Source: Planctomycetota bacterium (lineage in GTDB: Bacteria; Planctomycetota; GCA-002687715; DRQF01). From it: a stretch of 64,000 bases of DNA. Position numbers and translations under genes: made by a program. Within the stretch, counting starts at the first letter, position 1. Each line of letters begins with the position of its first letter. Below, in pieces: positions 8,321 to 18,551 of this stretch. The stretch is taken from the NCBI GenBank assembly GCA_036479435.1, contig JAZGFI010000017.1, forward strand, positions 38,607 to 102,606, given 5' to 3'. The notes under the pieces are model-generated. The model was not told the origin of the DNA. It saw only the letters and a list, made by a program, of their open reading frames with translations, and ran no database searches.

Positions 8321-10399
8321 ATGACTGCGCGTTTCGCTGCGTGTCCAACCCTTGTTTTGGCCCTTGCCCTCGTTTTGCCCTCGATCGCGTTTGCCCAACT
8401 GGGGACCCGTGAATCGACGGTCTTAGAGGGGGCGACAGTTTGGGTCGATGGCGCGATGGTTGAGAATGCCAAACTCCTGTTTAGCGGACGCCGCATCCAA
8501 GGCGTCGGAGCCAAGATCAAGCTCCCGGATGGCGTCGACGTCATCGACCTCAAGGGTAAGTTCGTCCTGCCGTCGTTTATCGACAGTTCGGCATTGATTG
8601 CTGGCATGCAGCCAGCTCGCTCGCGCAACCCCGAGCATCTGGTCATCGATAACGTCAACCTTTACCACCGCGATCCTTTCCAGGACGCGATCGAAGGGGG
8701 CGTTGGCTATCTCTACTTGAGCGGGGCTGCGAACTCCGGAGTTGGGGCGCGAGGGCTGGCATTGAAGATGCCCGGAATGAAGGTCGACAAAGTGGCCGAC
8801 CTCGTTCTTAAGGGCAGCGAATCGATGCACGTTCGCTTGGGAACCAATTCCCGCGGGCCCATTGCGCGACTTGCCGAGATCAAGAGCTTCGAGAGCTACC
8901 TCAAGAACCTAAAGACCTACCGCGAAGGCTGGGAAAAGTACCGCGAGAAGCTCAAAAAGTACGAAGAGGAACTCGCCGAGTGGGCGAAGAAGAACAAGCC
9001 GAAAAGCAAAAAGTCCGGCGGCGCGAAAAAGTCATCCGGCGCTAAGTCGAAGAGCAAGCCCAAGGCGTCACCGCGTCCGAAGTCGCCGAGTCCCGTCAAA
9101 AAACCGAAGCGTTCGCGAAGCGCCCTCGGGCTTGCAGGCTTGTCATGGCCCGGATTTGGTCTGGGGCACGACGACGATGATGATCACGAAGACCATGAAG
9201 ACCACGATGATGGCGTTGAGGTTTGCGATCTCGACGGCTGCACCATTCCCGGTCAGCACGAAATTCATCTGCACGACGATTGGGTCTTCGAATCGGAGCT
9301 CGACGGGCAAGATCACGACCATGAGCGTGATCATCTCCCAGAACAGGTTGATCCTGGTTTCGCCGCGATCTTCATCGATCCCCCGCGCCTGAAGCCCGAA
9401 TTGAGCATCATTGGCGACGGCACCGAGACTCACCTTCGCCGCCCTTTGTTGGCCAGCGAGCGGCTTGCCAATCAGAAACGTTTTTCGACTTGTCCGCATT
9501 GTGGCGCCTCCGATCCCTTGGCACCGCAGCACATCGCCCACACCAATCCCTGGCCTGTCGACGAATTCGACCGGGTCGCGGCCGAATTGGAGCAGCGCTA
9601 CTTTGAGTCCTACAGGCTCGACATGGCCCTGGCGGATCCGAAGCCCGGCGGGCCGAAGAAGCGCGGGTCCAAGTCTTCGAGCAAATCGAGCAAGTCAAAA
9701 AAGGGAGCTAAGCCAAAAAAGCCCAAGGAGCCCGGCTTCAAGCCAGCGCTGGAAGTTGCAAGCAAAGCGCTCGATGGCAAGCTCAAGGTCCGAATCGAAG
9801 TGCACCGGGCTGAGGATATTCTGGCCGTCCTCGATGTTCTCGACCGCTATCCCCTCGACGCGGTCCTGGAGGGCGTTACCGAAGGTCACTACGTGGCTGA
9901 GGCGATTGCGAAAGCAGAATTGCCGGTCGTGCTAGACGCGGCACTCGCCACTCCGATTCAAGAACAGTCCCTCGGCGCGAATCGTCGTTTGGGTCGTCTT
10001 CCCTTCCCCGCATTGCCGGGCTCCAGTCGAACCCTCTCACCAAGCCGAACGCAAAGCGATCGCGGACCTGGAGGACTGGCACGCAGAGGCATTGCTCACC
10101 GTGAAAACGCCGCCAGGTTGGTCAGGGCCGGGGTCACGGTGGTGATCTCCAGTCTTGGAGCGGGTAGCGAGAGTCTACTCGCGCGAGCCGCCTCTGCCGC
10201 AAGCCGCGGTTTGTCCCGCGCGGAAGCACTGGATGCCATTACTCGCAATGCAGCCCTGGTGCTCGGCGTCGGCGATCAGATCGGCGAATTCAGCCCTGGT
10301 CGGCTGGCTAGCTTCACCGTCTTTGATGGTGACCCTTTTCTGGCGACTAGTCGCGTCGAAAAGGTCTACATCGACGGCAAGGAAATCTACGGTAAATAG
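8321..10399 (+). CDS. Exported amidohydrolase-fold protein 1 (no HxH), large His/Asp/Cys-rich insertion
   Basis: Signal AFAQ; IDLKGKFVLPSFIDSSA; ALDAITRNAA...IGEFSPGRLASF..GDP. Confidence 0.85.
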   Translation: MTARFAACPTLVLALALVLPSIAFAQLGTRESTVLEGATVWVDGAMVENAKLLFSGRRIQGVGAKIKLPDGVDVIDLKGKFVLPSFIDSSALIAGMQPARSRNPEHLVIDNVNLYHRDPFQDAIEGGVGYLYLSGAANSGVGARGLALKMPGMKVDKVADLVLKGSESMHVRLGTNSRGPIARLAEIKSFESYLKNLKTYREGWEKYREKLKKYEEELAEWAKKNKPKSKKSGGAKKSSGAKSKSKPKASPRPKSPSPVKKPKRSRSALGLAGLSWPGFGLGHDDDDDHEDHEDHDDGVEVCDLDGCTIPGQHEIHLHDDWVFESELDGQDHDHERDHLPEQVDPGFAAIFIDPPRLKPELSIIGDGTETHLRRPLLASERLANQKRFSTCPHCGASDPLAPQHIAHTNPWPVDEFDRVAAELEQRYFESYRLDMALADPKPGGPKKRGSKSSSKSSKSKKGAKPKKPKEPGFKPALEVASKALDGKLKVRIEVHRAEDILAVLDVLDRYPLDAVLEGVTEGHYVAEAIAKAELPVVLDAALATPIQEQSLGANRRLGRLPFPALPGSSRTLSPSRTQSDRGPGGLARRGIAHRENAARLVRAGVTVVISSLGAGSESLLARAASAASRGLSRAEALDAITRNAALVLGVGDQIGEFSPGRLASFTVFDGDPFLATSRVEKVYIDGKEIYGK

Positions 10400-10400
10400 G

Positions 10401-11609
10401 ATGCCAATGATCTCGACTTCACTGTTGCCCCCTTTACGGGTCACCCGAATCGTCGTCGGCTGTGTTCTTGCGACCTTGGCTTGCGCCGTGTCGCTCTCAG
10501 CCCAAAGCCCGAGTCAAAAACCGCAGCAGTTTGCGGTGCGCGCGAAGCGCATCGTCACTGGTGCCGGTCCCGACATCATCGACGGCGTCATCTTGATTGA
10601 AAAGGGCAAGATCAAAGCCCTGGGCCAAAAGCTTGAGGTGCCCAAAGGCTGGAAAGTCATCGATCACCGCGATCGGGTGCTGATCCCTGGGATGATCGAT
10701 ATGGCCTCCCGGGCGGGCGCACCAAAAGACTTGCGCGAATCCGCGGTCGCCGTCGACTCCAGAACTTGCGCGCTAGACGCGGTGGCATTGGATCACCGCG
10801 ATTTCGCGATGCTGTGCGAAGCGGGAATTACCGCGGTTGGCGTTTTGCCCGAGCGTCGCAACGCCTACAGCGGTCAAGGATGTGTGCTCAAGACGGGATC
10901 GGCGTACCAAAAGCGAGTCGTTGAGGTGCACGGTCCGGTGATGATGACTCTTGATGCATCCGCCTACAGCCGGTTGCGAATGCCAGCGTCCTACATCGGG
11001 CTCATCAAGCTGCATCGCCTTATCCTGGAGACCGCGAAGGGCGGCCGCGCCGGTCCGTCCTTGGTGGGCCTAGCGAGAGGTAAACGCAAGGGCGTTTTGT
11101 ACGCGCGCACCGAGCAGGCACTCAAGGACAGTCTTAAACTCAAGCGCAGATTTGATCTCGACATCACCTTGATGGCTGCCAATGCGATCCGCCGCGTGGT
11201 GGATGAGTTTGCCAACTCCGGAATGCGTGTGGCCCTACTGACGCCGACTTTTCGGAGCGGCAAGCGCAGGTTGACTTTGCCCGCGCTACTCGAGAAGAAG
11301 GGGATTCAGGTCGTCTTCTACGCGGACACTCCGAATCTTGCGCCCGCAGGCCTAAGGCTGGGGGCCGCGCTCGCGGCGCAGAACGGCCTGGGGCGTCGTG
11401 CGGCGCTTGCCTCGATCACCTCCGGGCCGGCGGAAGCGCTCGGCGTCGCCGCTCGCATCGGCAGTCTGGCTGTCGGCAAAGATGCGGACTTCGTCGTACT
11501 GAGCGCCGACCCCTTCGATTTTTCTGCCGCGGTCATCGAGACCTGGGTGGACGGTCGTCGTGAATACCGCAAGAAACCTAACGCGAAGAAGAAGGAGCTC
11601 GCGCCATGA
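10401..11609 (+). CDS. Exported amidohydrolase-fold protein 2 (no HxH)
   Basis: Signal LSAQ; LIPGMIDMAS; RIGSLAVGKDADFVV; ATG 1 nt after the previous stop. Confidence 0.85.
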   Translation: MPMISTSLLPPLRVTRIVVGCVLATLACAVSLSAQSPSQKPQQFAVRAKRIVTGAGPDIIDGVILIEKGKIKALGQKLEVPKGWKVIDHRDRVLIPGMIDMASRAGAPKDLRESAVAVDSRTCALDAVALDHRDFAMLCEAGITAVGVLPERRNAYSGQGCVLKTGSAYQKRVVEVHGPVMMTLDASAYSRLRMPASYIGLIKLHRLILETAKGGRAGPSLVGLARGKRKGVLYARTEQALKDSLKLKRRFDLDITLMAANAIRRVVDEFANSGMRVALLTPTFRSGKRRLTLPALLEKKGIQVVFYADTPNLAPAGLRLGAALAAQNGLGRRAALASITSGPAEALGVAARIGSLAVGKDADFVVLSADPFDFSAAVIETWVDGRREYRKKPNAKKKELAP

Positions 11610-12877
11610 GGCTCGGCCAACTCGCCGCTATGATGACCACTCTTGTTTTGTGGTCGGCTCTTTCCAGTCTCCTCGGCGCCCAGCAGACCCTGGCGATCAG
11701 CGCCGAAAAAATCTACGTCGGGGACGGGACGATCATCGAGAAGGGCGTCATCATTGTCAGTGGCGGCAAGATCCTTGCGATCGGGCCGGGATCTCAGATT
11801 GAGATCCCACGCGGCACGCGACGCCTTCGGGTTCGAGGCAGCGTGACACCAGGTTTCATTGATGCCGCCGCCGATGCTCTGCTGGGGGCGTCAAAAGACG
11901 AACAATCGTCAGAAGTAACGCCTGAAGGACGCGCCATTGACGGCTTGGATTTCGGTTCGTTGTTGATGAAGCGGCTGGCTCGTGAAGGCGTGACCACGGT
12001 CTACGCGACCGCCGGAAATTCCGCGGTCATCACGGCGCAAGGTGCCACAGTTAAGACCGGGACGGGCGACGTTCAGAACCGTATCCTGACTCGTGATGGG
12101 GCGCCGAAGCTGGTACTCATATCGGGGCCGGAAAGGGGCAACGCTCGACCCCGAAACCCCGCTGGCATTAGCGATTTCACTCGCCTCCCCTTGGGGCGAA
12201 TGGGCGGCATTTTCGTGGCACGAAGCGCTCTCGGTCAGGCAAAAGATCGGCTTCGGATCGCGAAGGCTGGCGGCAAAGTCGCCAAGAACGCGGCCTTTGA
12301 TGTGCTCGGCGAAGTCTTGTCCGGCAAGCGACGCATGCGGGTTTTGGCGCGACGTCAAAACGAAGTCTCGACGGCTTCGAGGCTCGCTAAAGAGTTCGGG
12401 TTTTCCTACGTCATCGAGCAGGGCAACGAAGCCTACAAGAACATCCGGGAGCTAAAGCGCGACCACGCGGCGGTCATTTACGGTCCCATGAGATCTTCGA
12501 GCCCCTCGATGGCCGGAGTCTCGCGACAATTACGACGCTTTTTCACTGATCCCAACTTGAACAAGATACTCTCGACCCCCCGCGTCCTCATCGATGCGAA
12601 GATCCCTACCGCGTTGACCGCGGGAGGGAATACGGGAGAGTACGGCCTCGCGCGGCAAGCGATGCTTGCGATGCGTTGCGGTCTTTCGCGCGCCGAGGCT
12701 TTAGCGGCGGTGACCACGGTCCCAGCCCAGTTGCTCGGGGTCCAGGACCGAGTGGGAACTTTAAAAGTGGGGCGCGACGCCGACCTGATCGTGTGGTCTG
12801 GCGAGCCTCTTGATGCCACCAGTATTCAAAGCCACGTCTTTATTGGCGGGCGTCGTGTTGCGGGGAAAGTCTTTTGA
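11606..12877 (+). CDS. Exported amidohydrolase-fold protein 3 (no HxH)
   Basis: ATGA overlap with previous gene; signal LGAQ; TPGFIDAAA; RVGTLKVGRDADLIVWSGEP. Confidence 0.88.
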   Translation: MRLGQLAAMMTTLVLWSALSSLLGAQQTLAISAEKIYVGDGTIIEKGVIIVSGGKILAIGPGSQIEIPRGTRRLRVRGSVTPGFIDAAADALLGASKDEQSSEVTPEGRAIDGLDFGSLLMKRLAREGVTTVYATAGNSAVITAQGATVKTGTGDVQNRILTRDGAPKLVLISGPERGNARPRNPAGISDFTRLPLGRMGGIFVARSALGQAKDRLRIAKAGGKVAKNAAFDVLGEVLSGKRRMRVLARRQNEVSTASRLAKEFGFSYVIEQGNEAYKNIRELKRDHAAVIYGPMRSSSPSMAGVSRQLRRFFTDPNLNKILSTPRVLIDAKIPTALTAGGNTGEYGLARQAMLAMRCGLSRAEALAAVTTVPAQLLGVQDRVGTLKVGRDADLIVWSGEPLDATSIQSHVFIGGRRVAGKVF

Positions 12878-12927
12878 ATTTCCGCAACTCACCATTAGCA
12901 CAAGCGAACCCATCCACGGGAGTTTCG

Positions 12928-14418
12928 ATGATGATCCGGCTTTTCGCGACCACGGCGGTGTTGGTCTTAGCAGTTTGCACCACAACGTGGGCTCAGTTCA
13001 CGGATAAGGTCCTCATTGAAGGGGCCAAGATCATTCCTGTCGTCGGCGATGTCATCGAGAAGGGCAACATCCTGATCGAAAACGGCAAGATCGTCGCCGT
13101 CGGAGTTGACGTTAAGGCGCCTTTTGATGCCAAGGTCATCGACGCTAGCGGGAAGACCGTCTTTCCGGGCATGATCGATCCCTATACATCTAGCGGCCTC
13201 GACATTCCCAACGAAAGCGTGCCGGTGGCGTCATTCGTCCGCGTTGCGGACGCGATCGACCCTTCGGCTCGCTACTTCGAGAATGCCCTGCGCGGTGGTT
13301 TGACCTCAATCCACATCGCACAGGGCGCGAATGCGGTCATTAGCGGCGTGACGCGCGTCGTGCGGCCCATCGGTATGATGGTCAGCGAGATTACCGTTGA
13401 AGCCGAAGGCGGACTCGGCATTGTTTTCTCGGCGGCGGGAGGGCGCGACGTCGCGGGCCAGCTCGCGACCTTGCGCGGCACTTTTCGCAGTTTTGACCGC
13501 TACCTGAAACGTTTGGCGGAAAAACTCTACGAAGAGGAACAGAAAAAAGACGGCGGCGAAGTTCGAGTCGGGCCGAAAGAAGCGCGCAAACTCGGCGCGA
13601 AGTTGATCAAGCCGAGCAAGATCGAGGATCGCTACCGTAACCTCTGGCGCATTCGGCATGGTGAGCTCGATGTCTATGCCCATTGCTCGCGAGCCATGGA
13701 TGTTCAGACGGCTTTGGATTTCGCCAAGGCTCAGGGATTTGCGGATAACATGACGATCGTGCTCGGTTCGGAAACTTTCAAGGCTGTGCGTCGCCTGAAG
13801 AAGCTCTCTCGTCCGGTCATCTTATCCAAGAGTCAGTTCGTTCACCGTGAAGCCGATCGAATGACACAGGAGCCGATCGACACCTTCGTTCCCGATGTGC
13901 TGATGAAAAACGGAATTGAGTTCGCGATCGCCGGTAGTGAAGAACCCTGGTACGAAGCGGCCCGATTGGTCCGCAACGGGATTCCTCGCCAAAAAGCTCT
14001 TGAGGCGATCACTCTCAATGCCGCGAAAGCCATCGGCCTGGGAGCACGCTTGGGCTCGATAGAGCCGGGCAAGGACGGAAACATCCTGATTCTCAGCGGC
14101 GACCCTCTCGACACGATGACTTGGGTCGAACACGTTTTCATCGAAGGGCGCCACGTTTACGACAACAAAAAGGACCTTCGATTGCGCCACCTTTTGCAAG
14201 GAGCCTTTGACACGAAGTTGGCCGCAGACAAGAAATCGGCGGCGGCGCTCGAGGCCAAAAATGCCAGGGCTGACAAGGAAGCCAAGGCAAAGACCGACGA
14301 AAAATCTAAGGCAAGCAAAGGCGACAAGCCCGCTAAGAGTGACGAGAAGTCCAAGGCCGATTCGAAACCGTCTGACGCCAAGAAGTCACCGGCTCCTGCC
14401 GGTGGCTCGAAGAACTAG
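12928..14418 (+). CDS. Exported amidohydrolase-fold protein 4 (no HxH), Lys-rich C-terminal tail
   Basis: GGGAG RBS; signal TWAQ; FPGMIDPYTS; LGSIEPGKDGNILILSGDP. Confidence 0.88.
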   Translation: MMIRLFATTAVLVLAVCTTTWAQFTDKVLIEGAKIIPVVGDVIEKGNILIENGKIVAVGVDVKAPFDAKVIDASGKTVFPGMIDPYTSSGLDIPNESVPVASFVRVADAIDPSARYFENALRGGLTSIHIAQGANAVISGVTRVVRPIGMMVSEITVEAEGGLGIVFSAAGGRDVAGQLATLRGTFRSFDRYLKRLAEKLYEEEQKKDGGEVRVGPKEARKLGAKLIKPSKIEDRYRNLWRIRHGELDVYAHCSRAMDVQTALDFAKAQGFADNMTIVLGSETFKAVRRLKKLSRPVILSKSQFVHREADRMTQEPIDTFVPDVLMKNGIEFAIAGSEEPWYEAARLVRNGIPRQKALEAITLNAAKAIGLGARLGSIEPGKDGNILILSGDPLDTMTWVEHVFIEGRHVYDNKKDLRLRHLLQGAFDTKLAADKKSAAALEAKNARADKEAKAKTDEKSKASKGDKPAKSDEKSKADSKPSDAKKSPAPAGGSKN

Positions 14419-14430
14419 GAGCGCCCTGCG

Positions 14431-17253
14431 ATGTTAAAGGCAAGCTCCTGGATGATGGTGCTGTGTGCCATCGCGCTTCTCTGGCCGGTCGAGTTCGGAA
14501 GCGCAGCGCAAGCTGGCGACGATGAAACGGGCCGCCCGGCGCAAGACTACGCCGTGCGTGCGCGTCGGATTTACGTCTTGGACAAAGTTGACTACCTCGA
14601 AGACGCTTGGATGATCATTCGCGGTGGCAAGATCGATTCTTTAGGCACCGGCGCGATTCCTGACGCTGATTTGCCGGTGGTTGATTTTCGGGGGGCGAGT
14701 TTGCTCCCGGGATTGGTTTCGACGGAAAGCCGGATTTTCGTCGGTGCCGATGCCACGGGGATGGGTGCCCGTTATGTCGCGGCCGACAAGTTCAATCCCT
14801 ACGCAAATTTTCAGGCGAGTTGGCGACACGGCGTCACCACGGCTCGCCTCACTTCGCCCGGCCGACGTTTTGTCTCCGGTATCGGTTCCGTCGTGCGATT
14901 CGGCGCGAATGCCGAGGATTCAACGGTTCTGGTTCGCCAGGCTGATTTGACGGTGAACTTCAATGACGAAGCGGGGCGCGGCGAGAGCCCTGATGCCGAA
15001 CTCGTAACGCCGAGTTCGATGGACGTTCCTTACCGGCCCGCCGAACGTCGTCGCCCCGAGACACGCCTCGGCCGCATCTTGGCACTCGAGACGCTCCTGC
15101 GTGATGTACGGGTGGCGAAAAACCAAGACGAACCCAGCTTGAAGTTGTTGGCCTTGGGAGAATTCCTCGAGTCGGGACGCCCGTTTCGATTCGATGCCGA
15201 GCGCCGTGGCGATATTTTGCAGGCGCTCGAGGCAGCCAAAAGAAACGGTTTGCCGATCTATCTCGCCGGTGCCACCGAAGCTCATGCTTTGGTGGACGAG
15301 ATCGCCGCCGCAAAAATCTCGGTTGTTGTCGACTTTGACAATGCGCTTCCCGATCCGAGCTTCAATGGTTTTGACCCGGTAACGCCCATCATTGAGGACG
15401 ACCGTACCGCCGCCGTTTTGGAGAACCGCGGGGTGCGCGTCATCATTGGCGGCCACAGTGACGACTTGCTCATGAGTGCGGCGCTCGCCGTCAAAGGCGG
15501 CATGACCGAAGGGGCCGCTCTGCGGGCCGTCACCGCACGTCCCGCGGACTTGTTGGGAGTTGGAGACCGCGTTGGTCGCCTCAAAGCGGGCATGGACGCC
15601 GATTTTGTGGTCATCAATGGTGACCCCTTGGGCACAAGTTCACGCGTTCAGCAGGCCTGGGTACTCGGTTCGCAGGCTTGGAGTTTGGCGGCCGTCGACA
15701 AGATGCCCGAGGCCGTGGTGGTTCGGGCCGGGAAGATCTATGACGGCAAGGGTGGCGTTTATTTGGACGCCGAAGTGTTGATTGAAGACGGCAAGGTTGT
15801 GGCTGTCGGACATCGAGTGCAGCGACCGGCCTACGCTCGCATGCACGACGCTGGCCCCGAGGCCGTGATCACTCCGGGATTCATTGATATCCACAGCACC
15901 CTTGGACTTGAAGGCGACAGCAGTACGGTCAAATCAGACCAAAATCTGAGCAAGTTGTTTTCAAGGGCTCGCCCAGAGTTTGCGGCCGTCGCGCGCGCCG
16001 GGATCACGACCGCCGTCGTCGCACCGGGGAAGGGATCGTCCAGCGGCTCACCGATCATCGCCATCAAGACCCAGGGAAAAAACCGCAAGGAGCTGATTTC
16101 GAAAGCTGCCGCCGGAGTGAAGCTTACCGTGAGAGGAAGCGGCGCCAGCGTGTTGAAGAGTCTGGAGTCGACACTGAACTCAGCTGACAACTACCACAAA
16201 AAGTGGCTCAAGTACGAAGCAGAGTTGGCCGCTTTCGAAGCCGCGAAGAAGAACGGCAAGCTGCCGAAGGCCGCAGCTCCCAAAGGCAAAACTCCTCCCA
16301 AAGTCAGCCCCAAGCCCAGCGCAGAGGCCAGCGACGCTTTGAGCGGCACCTGGGAAGCGACTCTCAGCGGAGGGCCCATGGGCGAGCCGATGAAGCTCAC
16401 GATGCGCCTCGCCTTAGAAGGGACTGACTTTACTGGCACGGTTACCGACCCCTTCGGTGGCAGCCAGGACGCGCCCATTACGGGTACCTTTGATGGGACG
16501 ACGTTCGAAGCAAAAGTCGAGCCCGAAGATGCGCCCTTCGAAAACGTTCGCGTCACCGCGAAAATGACGGAGCCTGAAGTGCTGAAAGGTAGCGTTGATG
16601 TCGATGGCATTTTCGAGATCGATCTCAGCGCAAAACGGACCTCCAAGGGCAAACCCAAGATCACCGTAAAGCGAGCGGTCACGGCTGTCGCTAGCGGACC
16701 AAAAGGCCCGAAGAAACCGAAGTACAGCGCGCGATTCGAGCCCTTTCGCAAAGTCCTCAGTGGCAAAGCGGGGATCATGGTCGCGGCAACCGGAGCCGAA
16801 GCTGTCGGTGCCGTGGTGCAGGCCTTTGGCAAACGTAAGTTGCCGGTCGTGATCCTCGGCGGGGCAGGGGCACACGAAGTGCTGGATAAGATCGATGGTA
16901 ACTCGGTTGGCATCGCGATCTGGCGCCAGTACACCCGCCAGGATAAGGCCCGCAATATCTTAATCCCCGACGAACTCGATCGCGCTGGCGTTTCGCCCTT
17001 GTTCCAGAGCAACGGCTCTTGGGGAGCGTCTCGATTGCCGCGTTTCGTTCGCGCGGCGGTGCGGGAGGGACTCAATCCTGAAACGGCGTTGCGGTCTTTG
17101 ACCTACGACGCGGCCCGTTTGATGCGCATGGACGATTCGGTCGGTTCTCTCAGTCGAGGATGCGATGGTGACTTGTTGATATTCGACGGCGAGCCTTTTG
17201 ACGCTCGTACCAGCTTGGTCGAAGTCTTGATTCGTGGAAAGGAAGTCCAATGA
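14431..17253 (+). CDS. Exported two-domain amidohydrolase-fold protein 5 with inserted beta domain
   Basis: AGGAG RBS; domain 1 LPGLVSTES...VGRLKAGMDAD; domain 2 TPGFIDIHST...VGSLSRGCDGD; insert LSGTWEATL... Confidence 0.88.
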   Translation: MLKASSWMMVLCAIALLWPVEFGSAAQAGDDETGRPAQDYAVRARRIYVLDKVDYLEDAWMIIRGGKIDSLGTGAIPDADLPVVDFRGASLLPGLVSTESRIFVGADATGMGARYVAADKFNPYANFQASWRHGVTTARLTSPGRRFVSGIGSVVRFGANAEDSTVLVRQADLTVNFNDEAGRGESPDAELVTPSSMDVPYRPAERRRPETRLGRILALETLLRDVRVAKNQDEPSLKLLALGEFLESGRPFRFDAERRGDILQALEAAKRNGLPIYLAGATEAHALVDEIAAAKISVVVDFDNALPDPSFNGFDPVTPIIEDDRTAAVLENRGVRVIIGGHSDDLLMSAALAVKGGMTEGAALRAVTARPADLLGVGDRVGRLKAGMDADFVVINGDPLGTSSRVQQAWVLGSQAWSLAAVDKMPEAVVVRAGKIYDGKGGVYLDAEVLIEDGKVVAVGHRVQRPAYARMHDAGPEAVITPGFIDIHSTLGLEGDSSTVKSDQNLSKLFSRARPEFAAVARAGITTAVVAPGKGSSSGSPIIAIKTQGKNRKELISKAAAGVKLTVRGSGASVLKSLESTLNSADNYHKKWLKYEAELAAFEAAKKNGKLPKAAAPKGKTPPKVSPKPSAEASDALSGTWEATLSGGPMGEPMKLTMRLALEGTDFTGTVTDPFGGSQDAPITGTFDGTTFEAKVEPEDAPFENVRVTAKMTEPEVLKGSVDVDGIFEIDLSAKRTSKGKPKITVKRAVTAVASGPKGPKKPKYSARFEPFRKVLSGKAGIMVAATGAEAVGAVVQAFGKRKLPVVILGGAGAHEVLDKIDGNSVGIAIWRQYTRQDKARNILIPDELDRAGVSPLFQSNGSWGASRLPRFVRAAVREGLNPETALRSLTYDAARLMRMDDSVGSLSRGCDGDLLIFDGEPFDARTSLVEVLIRGKEVQ

Positions 17254-18506
17254 TCGCACGCCCGATTGGATCACCCCTCATCGCTCTTGTCGCGGCCCTA
17301 GTCTTTGTGCTCGCGTTTGCGTCGCCAGGTATGGCGCAGGAGAAGCTGGCGCTAATGGCCGGCAAAGTCCTGACGATGGACGAAAAGGACACGGTCTTAA
17401 ACAACGTCATCGTCTTTTTGAAGGACAGAAAGATCGAGAAGATCATCCCTCAGCGTGGAGCCGTGATCCCCGCTGACTACCGGGTTATCGATCACCGCGA
17501 CAAGTGGCTCGTTCCGGGTCTTATCGATCCGCACAATCACACCTCGTCGGAGGAATTCGGCAGTCTCGTCGGTGAGTTCGGGTCGCTCACAAATCCGGGC
17601 CTTCGCGCCTTGGATCTCGCCATGCCCCGAACTGAGAGCAACATTCGCTCTTTGGCCGGTGGTGTCACTACGGTGCTGTTGATTCCGGGTTCGGCGACGA
17701 ACCTGGGTGGTTTTGGCGTCGTTGCACGTGTCGGCTGTTCCGAGATGGACGACTTTATCTTGAAGGAAATCGGATCGGTGAAGATCGCTCAGGCTGGCAA
17801 CCCGGAGCGCTTTTACTTCCGCAAAGGTCGTAGTTACATGAACTACAACCTGCGCCAAACCTTGCAGAAGGCCAAAGACTATCACGAGGCTTGGAATCGT
17901 TTCGAAAGCAAAAAGTCGAAAACACAGCCCAAGTTCGACGCGCACTGGGAGTCTTTTCGAGGGCTCTTTCGACGGACTTTTCCGGCCAGCGTTCACACTC
18001 AGATCTATCAGGTGGTGCACGCCTCTATCGCGATGCTGTCGGACGAGTTCGGCATCAAACTCATGATTGACCACGGCACTTTTGATGGCTACAAGCTCGG
18101 CAAGCAAGTTGCAGAGCGAGGTATTCACGCGATGATCGGGCCGCGCATGTGGTGGATGGACCCCGTGGATCGCACGATCAACGGAACGGCCGCCGGCTAT
18201 TGGAAAAACGGTGTCAAGAAGATCGGATTGAACACCGACGCCGGAGTGTTGCCCCAAGAAGACCTTCCGATGCAAGGCGCGATGTCCGTGCGCTACGGTT
18301 TCGACACCTACGCGGCGTTGAAGGGCATGACCTATTGGGCCGCAGATTCTCTGGGATTAGCCAATCGCATTGGCTCCCTGCAGCCCGGCTTTGACGCGGA
18401 CATCGTCGTGTGGTCGGGCAACCCTATCGATTTTCGTTCCAGCGTCGACAAGGTCTACGTTTTGGGAAGCGAAGTATACAACGCAGACGAACGGCGGATC
18501 TATTGA
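17250..18506 (+). CDS. Exported metal-dependent amidohydrolase 6 (metal ligands intact)
   Basis: ATGA overlap; signal GMAQ; PGLIDPHNH, VKIA (Lys), VHTQ, DHG, NTDAG. Confidence 0.9.
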   Translation: MIARPIGSPLIALVAALVFVLAFASPGMAQEKLALMAGKVLTMDEKDTVLNNVIVFLKDRKIEKIIPQRGAVIPADYRVIDHRDKWLVPGLIDPHNHTSSEEFGSLVGEFGSLTNPGLRALDLAMPRTESNIRSLAGGVTTVLLIPGSATNLGGFGVVARVGCSEMDDFILKEIGSVKIAQAGNPERFYFRKGRSYMNYNLRQTLQKAKDYHEAWNRFESKKSKTQPKFDAHWESFRGLFRRTFPASVHTQIYQVVHASIAMLSDEFGIKLMIDHGTFDGYKLGKQVAERGIHAMIGPRMWWMDPVDRTINGTAAGYWKNGVKKIGLNTDAGVLPQEDLPMQGAMSVRYGFDTYAALKGMTYWAADSLGLANRIGSLQPGFDADIVVWSGNPIDFRSSVDKVYVLGSEVYNADERRIY

Positions 18507-18551
18507 GATGCCGTGGTACTGTGATCTGCAAACAATCACGCGGAGTATGTC

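Noticed and set aside
10155..10400. Upstream-extended starts from the ORF track (10155; also 8213, 25581, 34673, 52460)
   Set aside because: They overlap neighbouring genes or precede clearer RBS and signal-peptide starts; downstream starts were used.
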